Source: Hemiscyllium ocellatum (taxonomy: Eukaryota). From it: a stretch of DNA of 64,000 nucleotides. A program made the position numbers and the translations under genes. The stretch spans positions 1,395,438 to 1,459,437 of the forward strand of contig NC_083427.1 in NCBI RefSeq assembly GCF_020745735.1, given 5' to 3'. This document shows positions 26,801 through 39,817 of the stretch, one piece after another (within the stretch, counting starts at the first letter, position 1; each line of letters begins with the position of its first letter). The notes under the pieces were generated by a model. It saw only the letters and a list, made by a program, of their open reading frames with translations. It did not search any database and was not told the DNA's origin.

Positions 26801-27115
26801 TCTCGGACAGTTATTCCTTTTTCTGCTTCTGATGAACATGATTCCATAATCAACTTTCTGTCATGAATGCTGTTTCATAGAATTAACATCAATTCCAATT
26901 CGTTCCATTCTGGAATTGTATACAAGTTTTACGTTGATTATAGATCAGCATGCTAACGTTTCCAATGTCACCCAAACTGGCATTGGAGATAGCGGGTATA
27001 TGAATGGATTTAACTTGTTCACAAATGAATATTTGTTAATGCTGTGAATATATCTGGAAAATGGGAGAGAGGATTTGTTTTGATATATTGATTATAGGAC
27101 TTCTGCTTTACTGAC

Positions 27116-27154
27116 ACTTTTTGTATGGCGTTGAATGGGAGCTGATGGACTGTG
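27116..27154 (-). other. J 5' 23-RSS
   Basis: ACTTTTTGT (27116-27124), 23-bp spacer, GACTGTG (27148-27154). Confidence 0.92.
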
Positions 27155-27196
27155 ACTACTACTACGGAAGCGGCACCATTCTGACTGTGAAACCTG
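27155..27196 (+). CDS. IgNAR: IgNAR J segment, YYYGSGTILTVKP
   Basis: G-x-G-T motif and TVKP end typical of IgNAR J; phase-1 donor G|GTAAGT at 27197. Confidence 0.96.
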
Positions 27197-29198
27197 GTAA
27201 GTGTTCCTCTTGCTACTTATCGCTTCGATTTTGCAGTTTAGTTATTTAAAAAAAAGTTTTCTTGTTAAAACAGGCTCAACTGCACAACGTGAGGTTCAGA
27301 ACATTTTCTAATCGACCTATTTTGCGTGCTGGAATTTATTGTCTTCCATTTCAAACTCATTTGCAGATTTTGTTTGAACAAATATATGCTAATATACAAA
27401 TATAGACGTAAATGTAGCTGAGGACAAGCCAATAGAGAATCTAAATGTTTAACTTGCTTGGCATAGAGTATATAAGATTTTATTTGCGTTGATCATGGTT
27501 TTAGCTGTTTACGCAGGAAACTGCCCAAGTTGCGAAGCTGTACTAAGGCATGTCAGTGTGCCATTGTTAAGCAAAACCTCTAATCTGAACAAGAAATCCA
27601 AGTCTAGATTGAGGAAATCTTTCTGCTAACAGTAATGTTTCGGATTGTGTCTAAAATCAATGTTTTGATAGACAATCCTCATTATTTAACATAATTTCGA
27701 TTACATTAACATTATCACAAATCAGCAAATTGACCGTCCAATTTTGAAACTGGAACAATTGTAACTCACCAAACCTGGGCTTGGTGAAGGTTGATTGGAG
27801 CTGAAATTCGTCTGCTCCAATTCCACAAAATGTGAATATTTGTGCACTGATTTTACCAGTGCCCTATATCAGACAACTAGTGGAGAGTAATTTCACTGTA
27901 ATTTAGCACGAATCCAGATTATCTGAAACGTGCTCTCCCAGATACATGTTCACCTGTGGGTTGAAGTTTGTTGTGTTTAAGATGGTGTCGAAGATTTGAG
28001 AACTTTGAACCCACTACAGCTTTAGTGTAAAATGTTTACTTGACATTAAAGTGGAAATCATGTAGCCCATCTGTACGATATTAATTCCTAGAGTGGAATA
28101 GTCTTGCCTTGCTGATAATATTAATTGCTGTCCAATTCAATTCTTTTAACCACGTCAAGCTAAATAGTCTTTTGCCTTGCCCTCATGGATCCTCAGGACA
28201 TCATACCGAACGAAGTAGGATCAATCAGTCGATGTGTGCACGACAGCATTGCTTTTGTGATGCAGTCACCTTGCTGTCGTATTCTTGGACAGGTATTTAC
28301 GAGTCCAGGTGATAATAGGAGAACCCCAAATCAGTAGTTCATAATTGACAACAACGAACAAAAAGGGTCAGAAATCAGGTTTCACCTGACACAGGGGCAG
28401 AGATCAGAAAGTTTGTGATTTAAAAAGAAAACTTGTTTGACGATAACCCGATGTCGTGTGACTTTTGACCTTGTCCACCCAGTTCAGCACAGGCACCTCC
28501 GAACAAAAAAAATGCAGCTTTGCCGTGGTATCAATCCCACAACAGGAAGCATTCACTGCACTAAACAACTTCTGCAATTTGGGCATTTTCAGACTCATGT
28601 GTGAACATAGAAAATTATTTTCGTGCATCTCGAGGGTGCGTAGAATAGTTTGCCCCGGCAGAAGGTAGTGTTGAGGAAAGTGTTAATCCTTTTAACTGTC
28701 CATCCCCTGAGATGTGATGGCCTCAGGTTAAATCACCAACAGTCTTTTCCCTTTCATGAGAGAGCAGACCCTGTGGTCTTGTAAGAATATGTTGTCTCAG
28801 CCAATAGCTTCATTTTTTTTTCAGTTAATAGTTTCTTTGGGCATTCCATGGAATGCTGAGATGATGAAAATCGAACTTCAACTTTATTTAACTGAAATAG
28901 ACGACAGAGATTTTCTGGTTTATTTTGACAGTTGTTTTCACTTATGGTAAACATTGAAAAAAAAAAATTGGATCCTGTCTATGCTAGTTGCTTTGAAATT
29001 TAAAAAAAAACCAAGTTTCCCAGCGGTATGAAGTTAATATCTACATTAATCACTATCTTCTAGCAAATTAGTGTCAGTGGTTCCAACTTGTTATTTCATT
29101 ACGACGTCTGTCAGTATTTACAGAGGTCTGTCATTTTTATAGTTCTGCCAAATATTAATCACTGTAATACACCAGTTTGTCTGTGATGCATTCATTAT

Positions 29199-29347
29199 GG
29201 GGTGTAGGTTTGCTCGCTGAGCTGTAGGTTTGATATCCAGACGTTTCATTAACTCCAAGTGAAGGAGGTCGACACTGATGATGTTACCTAGCCAGGTAAC
29301 GAAACGTCTGGATATCAGACTACAACTCAGTGAGCAAATCTACACCC
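29199..29347. mobile_element. Palindromic Penelope-type terminal repeat (about 52-bp inverted arms) in the J-C1 intron
   Basis: Arms 29199-29251 and 29297-29347, including a perfect 16-bp pair GATATCCAGACGTTTC / GAAACGTCTGGATATC. Confidence 0.8.
29270..29316 (+). ncRNA. Minimal type I hammerhead ribozyme-like motif (Penelope type)
   Basis: CTGATGA (29275-29281), T, stem II GTTACCT/AGGTAAC with AGCC loop, GAAA, palindromic ACGT, UC site; stem I only about 2 bp. Confidence 0.55.
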
Positions 29348-29479
29348 TAAACCTCAATTCGAGCTACAAACCTTGCGAAGTATCAATTATTTCGTGGAAA
29401 TTCCTTTCCTTTCAATTAATTCTGGGAATTCTGCTTTTTAAATGAATCTTGCATGTCTAAAGTATATCTGTTTTGTAGA

Positions 29480-31900
29480 TTTTTTTGAGAAAGGGATATG
29501 GGCTTCGCCAACTGAGGCAGCTTTCTTTTCGTTTCAACAAAGTCAGGGTACAATGCACTTTACCCTATAAGATATGGTGTAAACTGACTCCGTTCTTCAT
29601 TATGATTTCGCAATTCTATTGTAGTTATTGGCAAGTTGTACCAAACCCATCGTTCAGTCCGACATGCAGTTTTATAAAAAAAAAGTTACAACCTCTAGCT
29701 GCTCGACAGGGTTCATTCATTCTGCCTTTCCTTGACTGTCTTTCATATTACTGGGAAATTGTATCCGAACTTCATCTGATTTACATTTTTTTAATAGACC
29801 TAATCATGCCATATCCACGTACATATGCAGCATTCAAGTATCAATTCTGTCAGGAGGGCTACAAAACCATTCCGACAAAGGCAGTTTTCCATTCCAGGGA
29901 ATTGTCAGGTAACCCTTATCTGAAAAGCCTCTGATGCATTCACATCTCATGTAACTGAGATGACCAATCAGAGGCACCACACAGTCCAGGAGGAATCTTT
30001 TATGTGCCTAGTTTATCTGAAAAAAAAGCTTCTGCACATTCCCGTCCAGTTTCCCATTTGACAAATCACATCATTGTTTTAGTTTTCTTAATTATTTGCT
30101 GGCCAGATGTGCTAATGTCAAGTGATCCATCCTTTTGGACACCATCATCTTTCTGCAACTCAGAGTTGCACAAAATGTCATCATTTTGATTGTTCTTTTC
30201 TGTTCCTTTTGCTAGATATTCATCCCTTTCACCAAATTACTACATTGCAAGTCATTTTCCGTGTTCTTATTCACACATGTCAAGATATTCTTGTAGTTTA
30301 ATTGGCCCTCTGATGACTTAATGCCTCTTTTTATTTTTGAGAGTTTGTTATGTTTGGCAAACGAAGCATGTCCCACTTAATCCAACACATAAATTACGAA
30401 CAGTTGCAATTCCTCCAACAGTCCCTCTGGCACACCACTTGCCAACCTTAGGATTACTCCTGCACACCTACTGTCACTTTCAGCTATTCTCCTGCCCATT
30501 TCAGTATTGTAAAGTCCTCTGTCTTTCATTACCACTATCAACTTTGATTTGGCATTTAATTGAATATTTACGGGAACTCACCACGCACTGCAAGCGACGA
30601 TTTCCCTTTTATCCAGTAGATTTCTTAAACATGATTTCCCGTTCATAAAGCCGTGATTTCTTTGAACTTGTCCAGTTGCATCTTATTTTAAACAGCTTCT
30701 AACATTGCAAACTGACTTGTGCCATTTCTTGCTCGCTGTCTCAAAATGTTTTGATAAACTTGTTAAATGTGATGCGTTGCTATTCTAAATGATTTTCCCA
30801 GCATTGGAGATGATTTGCAACATTCAACACAAAATGTCAGTTCTTTGAATGACATTTTCACTTTGGACGCAGGGATAATGTCACGAGGGGACAGGCAGGT
30901 CTCGGCCCGCAGCTGCAACTATTTAGGCAGGACCGTTTCTCTGTTGCATGTCATTTCCCTGCTTTTGCCCTTCATTCGAATTGCCGTTTTATTGCATTTT
31001 CTAGAATGCTGCTTGTATTCTCTGTCATGAAAACTGTTGGAAAATAAGTGTTCTATTTATTTCTTCTCTGCTGCGTTTGACAGCATGATTTGTCAAACAT
31101 TCATTTTTTGCATGACTAACTTTCACTTTGTAAATTATTTTATTTTCGAAAAAGTTACAGGACCTCGTCCTCTCTCTTTCTTTTAACTCACTGGTTAGCT
31201 TCCTATCATATTCTGATTATGCAATCTTTCTTTCTTAATTTTCAGACATTTCATTTCCGAACATTTTAATATTCTGTCTAATTTTCTGACTTACCATCTA
31301 TTTATCCACAATCACACACGTTTTCCTGAATGTAGATATTATCGTAAACCACATAAACCAGTTCTGAAACTTGGAATATTCCTTACTCTTTGGAATGTAC
31401 CTATTTAAGTGATCTGAAATGTCTCCTTACATGTTTGCCACTTTATCATGTTCGAATTCTCCTCCATCTGATTTTCCAGTTCACTTCAGCCAGCTCTGAT
31501 TTCGTGTCCACAGAATATGATTTTTATTTAAAAAAAGAACCGTTGTCTATCTCTCACATTGATTGTATTATGCAATGGAGTTATTGTTGCTGATCCATAA
31601 GAGCGCCTTTCCAATGAGATAATGAGTTAATCCAATTTCATTCCACCATTGCAGGATGTTCAATATAGGTTGAAAACTTGCGATTCGAATGAATGATTGC
31701 AAGATCTATTTTGATGAGCTGTCTTTGCCCATCTAACTTTCGCAGTTATTTTACAGATAATTGCTTGCATAATGATTTTTTGATTTTCTGACAAGCTGTT
31801 GCAATGTCTTCCTTTATGTTCTCCCTATTATATTGTTACACATGTTGACCCAAACAATGCTCCCACAAATGACTTCTTGAAATGGCAATTTCTCAGCTTT
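29480..31900 (-). mobile_element. Old, fragmented CR1/L2-type LINE remnants
   Basis: Reverse-strand resemblance to LINE RT/endonuclease nucleotide motifs; + strand ORFs here look like antisense shadows. Confidence 0.45.
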
Positions 31901-33099
31901 ACTCAAACCCATTCCACGGGCTGCTTTTCTGAAATGGGGTCACCCCTCTCCCTTTCATAAAACAAGAACAGCAAACTCTGAAGAAATTCAGCCTTCCTGG
32001 AAGCATTGGTGGAGAGAAAGAGACAGAATATGCCTCCAGTCTGATGTGACTCTCTGAATGAACTGTAGAACTTGTATAGGTTTCCTACCCCACCCCTCCC
32101 CGTCATTTCTACATCATCTGCACGAATCCAATCTATATCATCTTGTGGGAAGGATAATGTTGAAGGCCAAGAGTAGTTTCATCATCTATTGGCCTCTGTA
32201 TATGCTAACTGTCAGCATGGACCTCACTAATGGCAATTCGAACTAATGTAACTCTGTTACTTGCTGAAAACTATCACAAATTGATGCTTTCGCACCGCAT
32301 GACGGAGAAGACATAAGCATATGCGTGAGAACATCAGTGTGCAGGTGGAATCAGTTATTATGTAGGGTATGTTGTTCCCAAGACTGATATACATCGTCAT
32401 TGCCATGGATGTTATTTATAACATTTGATATCTAAATTTACAGCAAAATGATGCAGTTTGTTGACAGTGTGCTTGCTGGAGAGCACGGAACAGTGGTCAT
32501 GTGTAAAAGATTCAAAGAATGTAATCAACTCAATATTTCACTCGCGGGTTGATAGCTGCTGCATTCGTGTATTATTTCATTATAAAATTTCACATGCGAT
32601 ATCTTCTCGTGTTATTGATGACGTGACTGTTGAGTATTGGCAGACATTGGGGATTGATTAGAAGTCAGCAATAGCCCAGTTCATAAAGCAAGAGATTGTT
32701 AATCTCGGGCTTTTGTAATAGCAAAACCATGGCTGTCGTTGAATTTGAACAAATGGAAGAGAAAATAAATTCAAAAGTATTGTCTGACTTTGAGATGAAT
32801 CGTTGATGGAGGAACAAGAAGTGCAATTCAGGATCTGGGCAGCAGAGCTCAGATCAGATTTACTTGAAAGATTTTGAAGATGGGATCCCAGCATTGAGAA
32901 TTGCAGAATAATCTAGAATACCTTTGAAAAGCTTGGAATTTCTGGTCACAGGTCAGCTGAGGTATTTTCGAGAGAGTAATTGATTTGATGGAACAAGCAG
33001 GTATTCCTGCTGATGGCTGTATTAAGTAGTCTGGTGAGTATAACACGGTCACGAGTAAACACCAAATTGTGAACAGTGTAGTCAGCTGCATTGGTGTAG

Positions 33100-35317
33100 A
33101 ACATATTTGTTCACGTTAGCGGTGGAAAGGGATAGATATATAGGCCAGGAGTCATATCTGGGTAGAAGCAACTTTGATGCGATTAGGCAAGATTTAGGAA
33201 GCATAGGATGGGGAAGGAAACTGCAGAGGACCAGCACAATTGAAATCTGGAGCTTATTCACGGAACAGCTACTGTCTGCCCTTGTTAATTATGTACATGT
33301 CAGGCAGGATGGAAGTTGTCGGGCGAGGCAGCCGTGGTTAAGTAACGAATTTGAGTCTCTTGCCAAGACAAAGAAGAGGCTTATGTTGGGATGAGACGTG
33401 AAGTCTCAGTTGGAACACTTGCGAGTTACAAGTTAGCCAGGAAAGACTCAAAGAGGGAGCTAAGAAGAACCAGGAGGGTACATGAGAGGTCATTAGCGGA
33501 TAGAATGAGGGAATACCCTGAGGCTATCATTCGGTATATCAGGACTAAAAGAGTGACGAGAGTAAGATTAAGGCAATGAAAGGTAGGAGTGAGAAGTTGT
33601 GAGTGGAGTCAGAGGAAATAGAGGAATGGCTAAATGAATCTTTTCCGTCAATCTTCACACAGGGAAAATACCATGTTGTTGAGGAGAATACAGAGATACA
33701 GGCCACTAGCCTAGATGGGATTGCGGTTCACAAAGAGGAGGTGTTTGCAATTCTGGAAAGTTTGAAAATAGATAAGTCCACTGGGCCTGATGGGATTTAT
33801 CCTCGGATTCCCTAGGAAGCCGGAGAGGGGAGTGAAAAGCCTTTGGCTTTGATCCTGGTGTCTTAATTATCTACAGGAATAGTGCCAGAAGACTGCAAAG
33901 TAGCAAATGTCGTTCCCTTGTTCAAGAAGATGAGTACAGTCAACTCTGGTAATTGTAGAGCAATGAGCATTAGTTCGTTTATGGGTGTAGTGTAGGAAAA
34001 GATGGTTAGAGATAGAATGTATAATCATCTGGAGTGGATGAAGTTCATTAGGGACAGTAGATACGGTTTTGTGAAGGGTAGGACATGTCTCACAAATCTT
34101 ACTGAGCGCTTTGAGAAAGTGACAAAACAAGTGGATGAGGGTAAAGCGTTTGACGTGGTGTTTTTGGATTTCAGTAAGGTATTTGATAAGTTTCCCACGG
34201 GAGACTATTTCAGAAAATGCAGAAGCATGGGATTGATGGTGATCTAGTGGTTTCCATAAGAAATTGACCAGATGAAAACAGACAGAGGTTGGTGGTTATG
34301 AGAAATATTCGTGCTGGAGTTCATTTAATAGTCGTGTATCACGACGATCTGTTTTGGAGGCACTGCTGTTTGTCATTTTTATAAATGACCTGGACGAGGG
34401 TGCAGAAGGATGGGTTAGTAAGTTTGCGAATGAAACTAAAGTTGGTAGAGTTGTGGATAATGATTAAGGATGTTGTGGATTGCATTGAGACATAGATAAG
34501 CTGCCGAGTTGGGCTGAGAGATGGAAAATGGAATATAATGCTGAAAAGCGTGAGGTGATTCACTTTCGAAGGAGTGACAGGAATGCAGAGCACTGTGTTC
34601 ATAGCAATATTCTTGGTACGTGTGGATGCACAGAGAGATCTTGGTGTCCATCTCCGCACATCTCTGAAAGTTATCAACCAGGTTGATGGGTTTGTTAAGA
34701 AGGCATACAGTGTATTAACTTTTATTAGTGGAGGGATTGAGTTTCGGAGCCAAGAAATTATGCTGCAGCTGTGTAAAACTCTGGTGCGGCCGCACTTGGA
34801 GTACTGTGCAGAGTTATGATCACTACATTCTAGGAAGGATGGAAAGAGTTCAGAGGAGATTTATTAGAATGTTGCCTGGTATGGAGGGAAGATCTTACGA
34901 GGGAAGGCTGAGGGACTTGAGGCTGTTTTCTTTCCAAAGAAGAAGGTTGAGAGGTGACTTAATTGAGACATATATGATAATCAGAGTGTTAGACAGGGCG
35001 AATAGTGAGAGCCTTTTACCTTGGATGGTGACGGCTAGCACAGGGGACATAACTTTACATTGAGGAGTGACAGATAAAGGACAGACTTCAGAGATATTTT
35101 CATTATTCAGCGAATAGTAGGGGCATGAAACGGCCTGCGTGCAACAGTAGTAGAATCGCCAAAGTTAAGGGTATTGAAATGGCCATCGGATAGACATATG
35201 AATGAAAATGGAATAATGTAGGTTAGATGGGCTTCAGAACAGTTTTACAGATCGGTGCAATATCGAGAGATGAAGGGCCTGCATTGCACTGTAATATTCC
35301 ATATTCTATGTTGTATA
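33100..35317 (+). mobile_element. Long decayed CR1 ORF2 fragment with 3' UTR; older endonuclease-like sequence from about 32300
   Basis: ORFs with FVKGRTCLTNL..RFEKVTKQVDEGKAFDVVFLDFSK, LVRPHLEYC and RRLRGDLIETY. Confidence 0.9.
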
Positions 35318-35759
35318 AAAAGAAAATGTGGTCTCGTTCCCTGACAGGAATGCTTAAATTTACGAGATCCAATCAAAAATTAAATGGAAAGAAATCCATT
35401 TGTCTGTATTGAGAGCACAGGGAATTGTTTTTGAAAAGAAAAACGTCCAAATTAAGGGAAATATTAAGCGATGTCTTTTATGATCAAGATAAATGTTAGG
35501 TTCAAGGAATTTGGCTCCAGAAGGAGGGAAGTTCACAGAAGCAGTGTGTACATTATGCAACACCAAGGCGCGAAACATTTTGAAAGGTAATTTTAGGAAA
35601 AAAATGAGGTTGTGGGAATTAAGAATAAGATGTCGGCTTTAAAATAGGCGTGAACTGTTCATTTCTACTCCCTGGTGAAATTCTGACAACTGTGATAGAA
35701 ATCACAGTTCGACGATGGGGAATTGATCTATGTGTGCTGCCAAACTGTACAACGTGTTG

Positions 35760-37720
35760 ACAAGAACCGGGGAAACAGTCTGAGGATTCGAGCTGGACCA
35801 TTTAGGAGAAATTTGAGAAGACATTTGTTCACCTAAAGAGTGGTGAGAATGTGAATTTCATTACCACAAGAAGTAGTTGATACTAATATATTGAATGTGC
35901 AAAACAAGGGGTGAGACGTAGCACTTGGAGGGAACAGGATAAAATGTTGTGGGGAGAAAGCAGGATTAGGCTCTTGATTTGGACCATTAGTAGGACCATG
36001 AAGGATGTCAGAGCTGGCTCGAAGGTCTGACTGGCATGCTCCTGTTCCTATCTTCTATGTTTCCATTTTTTGATATAGTGGGGAATTTACTTGAGTAAAG
36101 AAACATTTTGCTCCCTCAAGTACTTGAACAAGGCCTCCAGATTCCTTTTGTCTCTGGTGTGTAAACGCACTTCTGTTGACTTGTCAAAACCACAATGATA
36201 TCAAAATGAAAAGCTTTCTCAAAGTTATTTCCTGATTATTCATGAGATCAAATTGCCTCGTTTGGAAGTAACGTAAAACAGATTATTGGAAATAAATCAT
36301 TAATATTTCAAGACGTGGTTTTTGTTTTAACATAGAAAGAAATGCTTTAATAAGTAGATGGGACAAGGTTTAGGGAGCCGTATACAGAACGTCGAGTCTC
36401 GGAGGCTGAAAGGACATTGATTAGTTTTTGGACAGTTGAAATGAGGAATTCTTCAGAGGCGAGTGCATCAACACAAATGTCTCACACGATTTCAGCTGGA
36501 GGAAATGTTAGAGTTAGAGTTCAGTGAAGCCATTGAGAGGTTGAGGAAAAGGAAGAGAATTCTGAAATCGAGGGATTGCTTGACATGACGAACTTACATC
36601 ACAAAGCAGAGAGCCGGTCCTACGTACTTGGCCTGAGGTTAAGATATTGGCAGAAGGCGATTAGAAGACCCAAAGTTAGAAAGTGGGAGTTTGGCCAGGG
36701 ATGCATTTTCTAGATTGTACAAATTTGTCTTCATGTTTGAGCAGTAGATAAGCTCACCGTCAAATCAGACAGTGAAGTTAGATATAAAAATAGGCTGTCT
36801 TAACGAGGAAGTTGAGTGGTGACCATTAGGAGGTATATAAAATCATGAGAACAATGTAAAAGGTAAATATCAAAGTACATTCCCGAAGGGATATGAGTCC
36901 AAATCTAGAATGGAAAGTTTTAAGGTGAGATGGAAAAGATTTAAAGGAATCTGCGGTTCAGGTTTTTTTTTCTGCACAGAGCGTGGTGTGTATATGAAAT
37001 GACCTTCCAGAGAAAGTGGTAGAAGTGGTATTGTAACAAAATTTAAATGATTTTTGGAAGGTAAATGAAGAGGAAATGTTTGTAGAATATGGACCAAGTA
37101 CCAGCAAATGAAGAAGGCACTTGGAATGCTTTCCGTTATTGGTCAGTGCACTGAGTATGAGTTGGTAGGTCATGTGACAGCTGTACACGATATTGCTTCG
37201 GCCGCTTTTGAAATATTGTCTGTAGTGCTGGTCTCTACAGCTTTCGGATGAACGTTCTGAAAATTGAAAGACTTCAGAAACGATTTACAAGGAGGTTTCT
37301 CGGGTTGAAGGATTTGAGCTATAGGAGAGCTGAATTGGCTGGGAGTATTTCCCTTGGTGCGTAAGAAGTTAATTTGTGACCATATCGAAGTTTATAACAT
37401 TATGGATGGTAATGAGAACTTAAATAGACAATGTATTTTCCCCTGTGTGAGGGAGTCCAAAGATGGAGGGTGAAGGATTAAGGTGAGAGCGGAAGATATG
37501 AAAGACTTCTAAACGATAGGTGCATGTATGGATTGAGCTACCAGTTGGAGGTTTACCAAATTCCATGATTCAAATCGCATTTGAATGGGTAAATGAATAA
37601 TAAGGGTTTAGAAGGATATAGGCCATGTGCTGGCAAATGGGACAAGACTAATTTCAGATATCTGGTCGGCATGGAAGAATTTGACCAAAGCGTTTGACTC
37701 TTTGTTATCAATGATTCTAT
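35760..37720 (+). mobile_element. Several CR1 3'-end fragments
   Basis: Repeated CR1 3' UTR motifs (CAGAGAGTGGTG...TGGAATG; GGATATGGGCCA..GCTGGCAAATGGG). Confidence 0.7.
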
Positions 37721-38006
37721 GACCCAAATGTCACATGTTCAATTCAGAAAAACTGTTCAGCGTGGACGAATTTGACTGAAAAGTTTCTTTCTGCTCCTTG
37801 GACTCTATCAGTCGAACAAGTGTGGAGCTCACCTCAAGGTTAAATATGATGCCAACGTTACGAGGAACATCATATAGCAACATGATGTTCTGATACAATA
37901 ATATTATTTTTTGGGTATGATTTGAGAGTAATCGATTGTACATGACATCACCGAAACAATGTAGCCATCTATACACAAGACAGTAAGTCTTAATTTGTAA
38001 TTTTAG

Positions 38007-38327
38007 GCATACAGCCTTCTCCACCAGTCATCAGTCTACACTACTCTGCAACTGAAGAACAGAGGGCAAACGGATTTCTTCAGCTGATTTGTCTCATCAC
38101 CGGGTACTATCCTGAAAGAATTGCATTGACCTGGCAGAAGAACGGAAATACCATAAGTTCTGGCGTTACAACTACGTCTCCAACGAAAACAGCGACCAAT
38201 GATTTTAGCTCTACAAGTTTGCTGAAAGTGCCACTGCAGGAATGGAACAGCGGCTTTGTGTACAGTTGTCAAGTTTCTCATTCTGCTTCCAATAGTAACC
38301 AGAGAAAAGAAATTAGTTCAACATCGG
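38007..38327 (+). CDS. IgNAR: IgNAR C1 exon (GIQPSPPVISLHYSATEEQRANGFLQLICLITGYYP...YSCQVSHSASNSNQRKEISSTS)
   Basis: 321 nt, phase 1-1, AG/GT flanks, C1-set Cys-Trp-Cys; SATEEQRAN and NQRKEI match IgNAR C1. Confidence 0.97.
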
Positions 38328-38962
38328 GTAAGAAAACTAAACAAACTCACAAGCTCACATTCATTACCATAATCAGTTTTGTCATAAACATTAGACAAGA
38401 TGGAAAATTATTTTGTTGGTTTATTACTGCGGATGAAGCATTCTTGAATTAATTGCAGTGAGTAATATCAATGGGAATTTGTAGTCAAGAGAAATGTTAC
38501 AGCAAAAATGAGTCGAAATGAACCAAGTACCTAAACCCGCTCTTTCAAAAAGGTAGTTGAGAATAACATCAGAAATTATTTCCCTTTGCTCTGTATAGGT
38601 CTGACCAAAATAACCAAAGTTCTTGGAAAAAGACAGAGGAAAAAGACAGATATAGAGCCATTATGAAGAAAGCAAGTGAATGAGAGAGATTAGTGAGCAA
38701 ACCTCTTAACTGACAAGTTTAGGCAGAGTTTCTGGATATGCTCGCTATTCAAAATTCTTTATACAACGTGGTAGTCCCCCGCTTTTTCTTATTTTCCGAG
38801 TCAATTCAGAGTAGCAAAATAAAGCCTTGACACTGCACACACTTCATCACAAAGGAATCATTTTCAACAATGCGTATTTCTAAAGCTGTAGCTAGTGAGG
38901 ATTTAGTATTGTCTGTTGCCGATTGTTGCCATGCAATTGTAGAAAGGATGTATTGGGGGTGT

Positions 38963-38982
38963 GGGGGGGGGGGGGGGGGGGG
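38963..38982 (+). repeat. G20 homopolymer in the C1-C2 intron; GA-rich microsatellite near 39300
   Basis: Direct reading. Confidence 0.9.
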
Positions 38983-39440
38983 AGAACGTTCAGAGTAGCT
39001 TAGGGGAGAGATAAGTTGTCTGGTGGAACAGAGATAGAAATTTGTTATTGGAAGGGGTGCGACATAAACAACAGGCATGCGCCAATATGTTTATTTGGAA
39101 CATTTATTATATAGATCATTTTTTATGCAGGACTTTAAAATACCCATTGGTGATAATGATCTCAATGACCTTCTGTGCTTAAAATGCATCGACCATCACG
39201 ATGTGGTAAATTTTCTCTGTCTCTACCTGTCTTTCTTGCTCTACAACTCTCTTTTATTCCTGTCAGTTTTTTCCTCACACACAAACAAACCCAGGACACA
39301 CGAGAGAGAGAGGAAGAGGGAGAGAGACGGTTGCATTTTTCATCCCTTCCTTGTTCACTGATTTTGACATTCTTGTTGCAGTCCTGATTACATTATTGGA
39401 TCAGGGACCAGAATCTGAATCTCTGATTTCTCTCTGACAG

Positions 39441-39737
39441 AGATAGCTGTATTATTGAGGGATCCATTGGTTGAAGAAATCTGGATCAATAAAAGTGCCA
39501 TTCTGGTTTGTGAAGTGCTTTCTACAGTTTCCAGTGGGGTAGTTATCTCTTGGATGGTGGATGGAAAGGTGCGGAATGAAGGCGTTCAAATTGAAGCAGC
39601 GAACAGAAACCAATATGTGACAATCAGCCGCTTGACGAGCACCGTGGACGAGTGGCAGAGTGGGGTGGAATACACATGTTCTGCAAAACAGGATCAATCA
39701 TCACCCGCAGTATCAAAACGAACAAGAATGGCAAGAG
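39441..39737 (+). CDS. IgNAR: IgNAR C2 exon (EIAVLLRDPLVEEIWINKSAILVCEV...EYTCSAKQDQSSPAVSKRTRMAR)
   Basis: 297 nt, phase 1-1, acceptor TCTCTGACAG, donor G|GTTGGT; IgNAR C2 motifs; ORF 39455..39745. Confidence 0.96.
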
Positions 39738-39817
39738 GTTGGTGACAAGAACTATGTATTTGTACAGGTCATTTTATGAGCGAGGAAATACTAAAAATGT
39801 ATGTATTTCTATTACAG

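Noticed and set aside
27197-38006. Switch-like region in the J-C1 intron
   Set aside because: No tandem G-rich or AGCT-rich array seen; the intron is mostly LINE fragments.
38328-38452. C1 read-through with a hydrophobic stretch as an alternative membrane anchor
   Set aside because: The hydrophobic run is short, lacks the CART motif, and the C1 donor is a strong GTAAGA.
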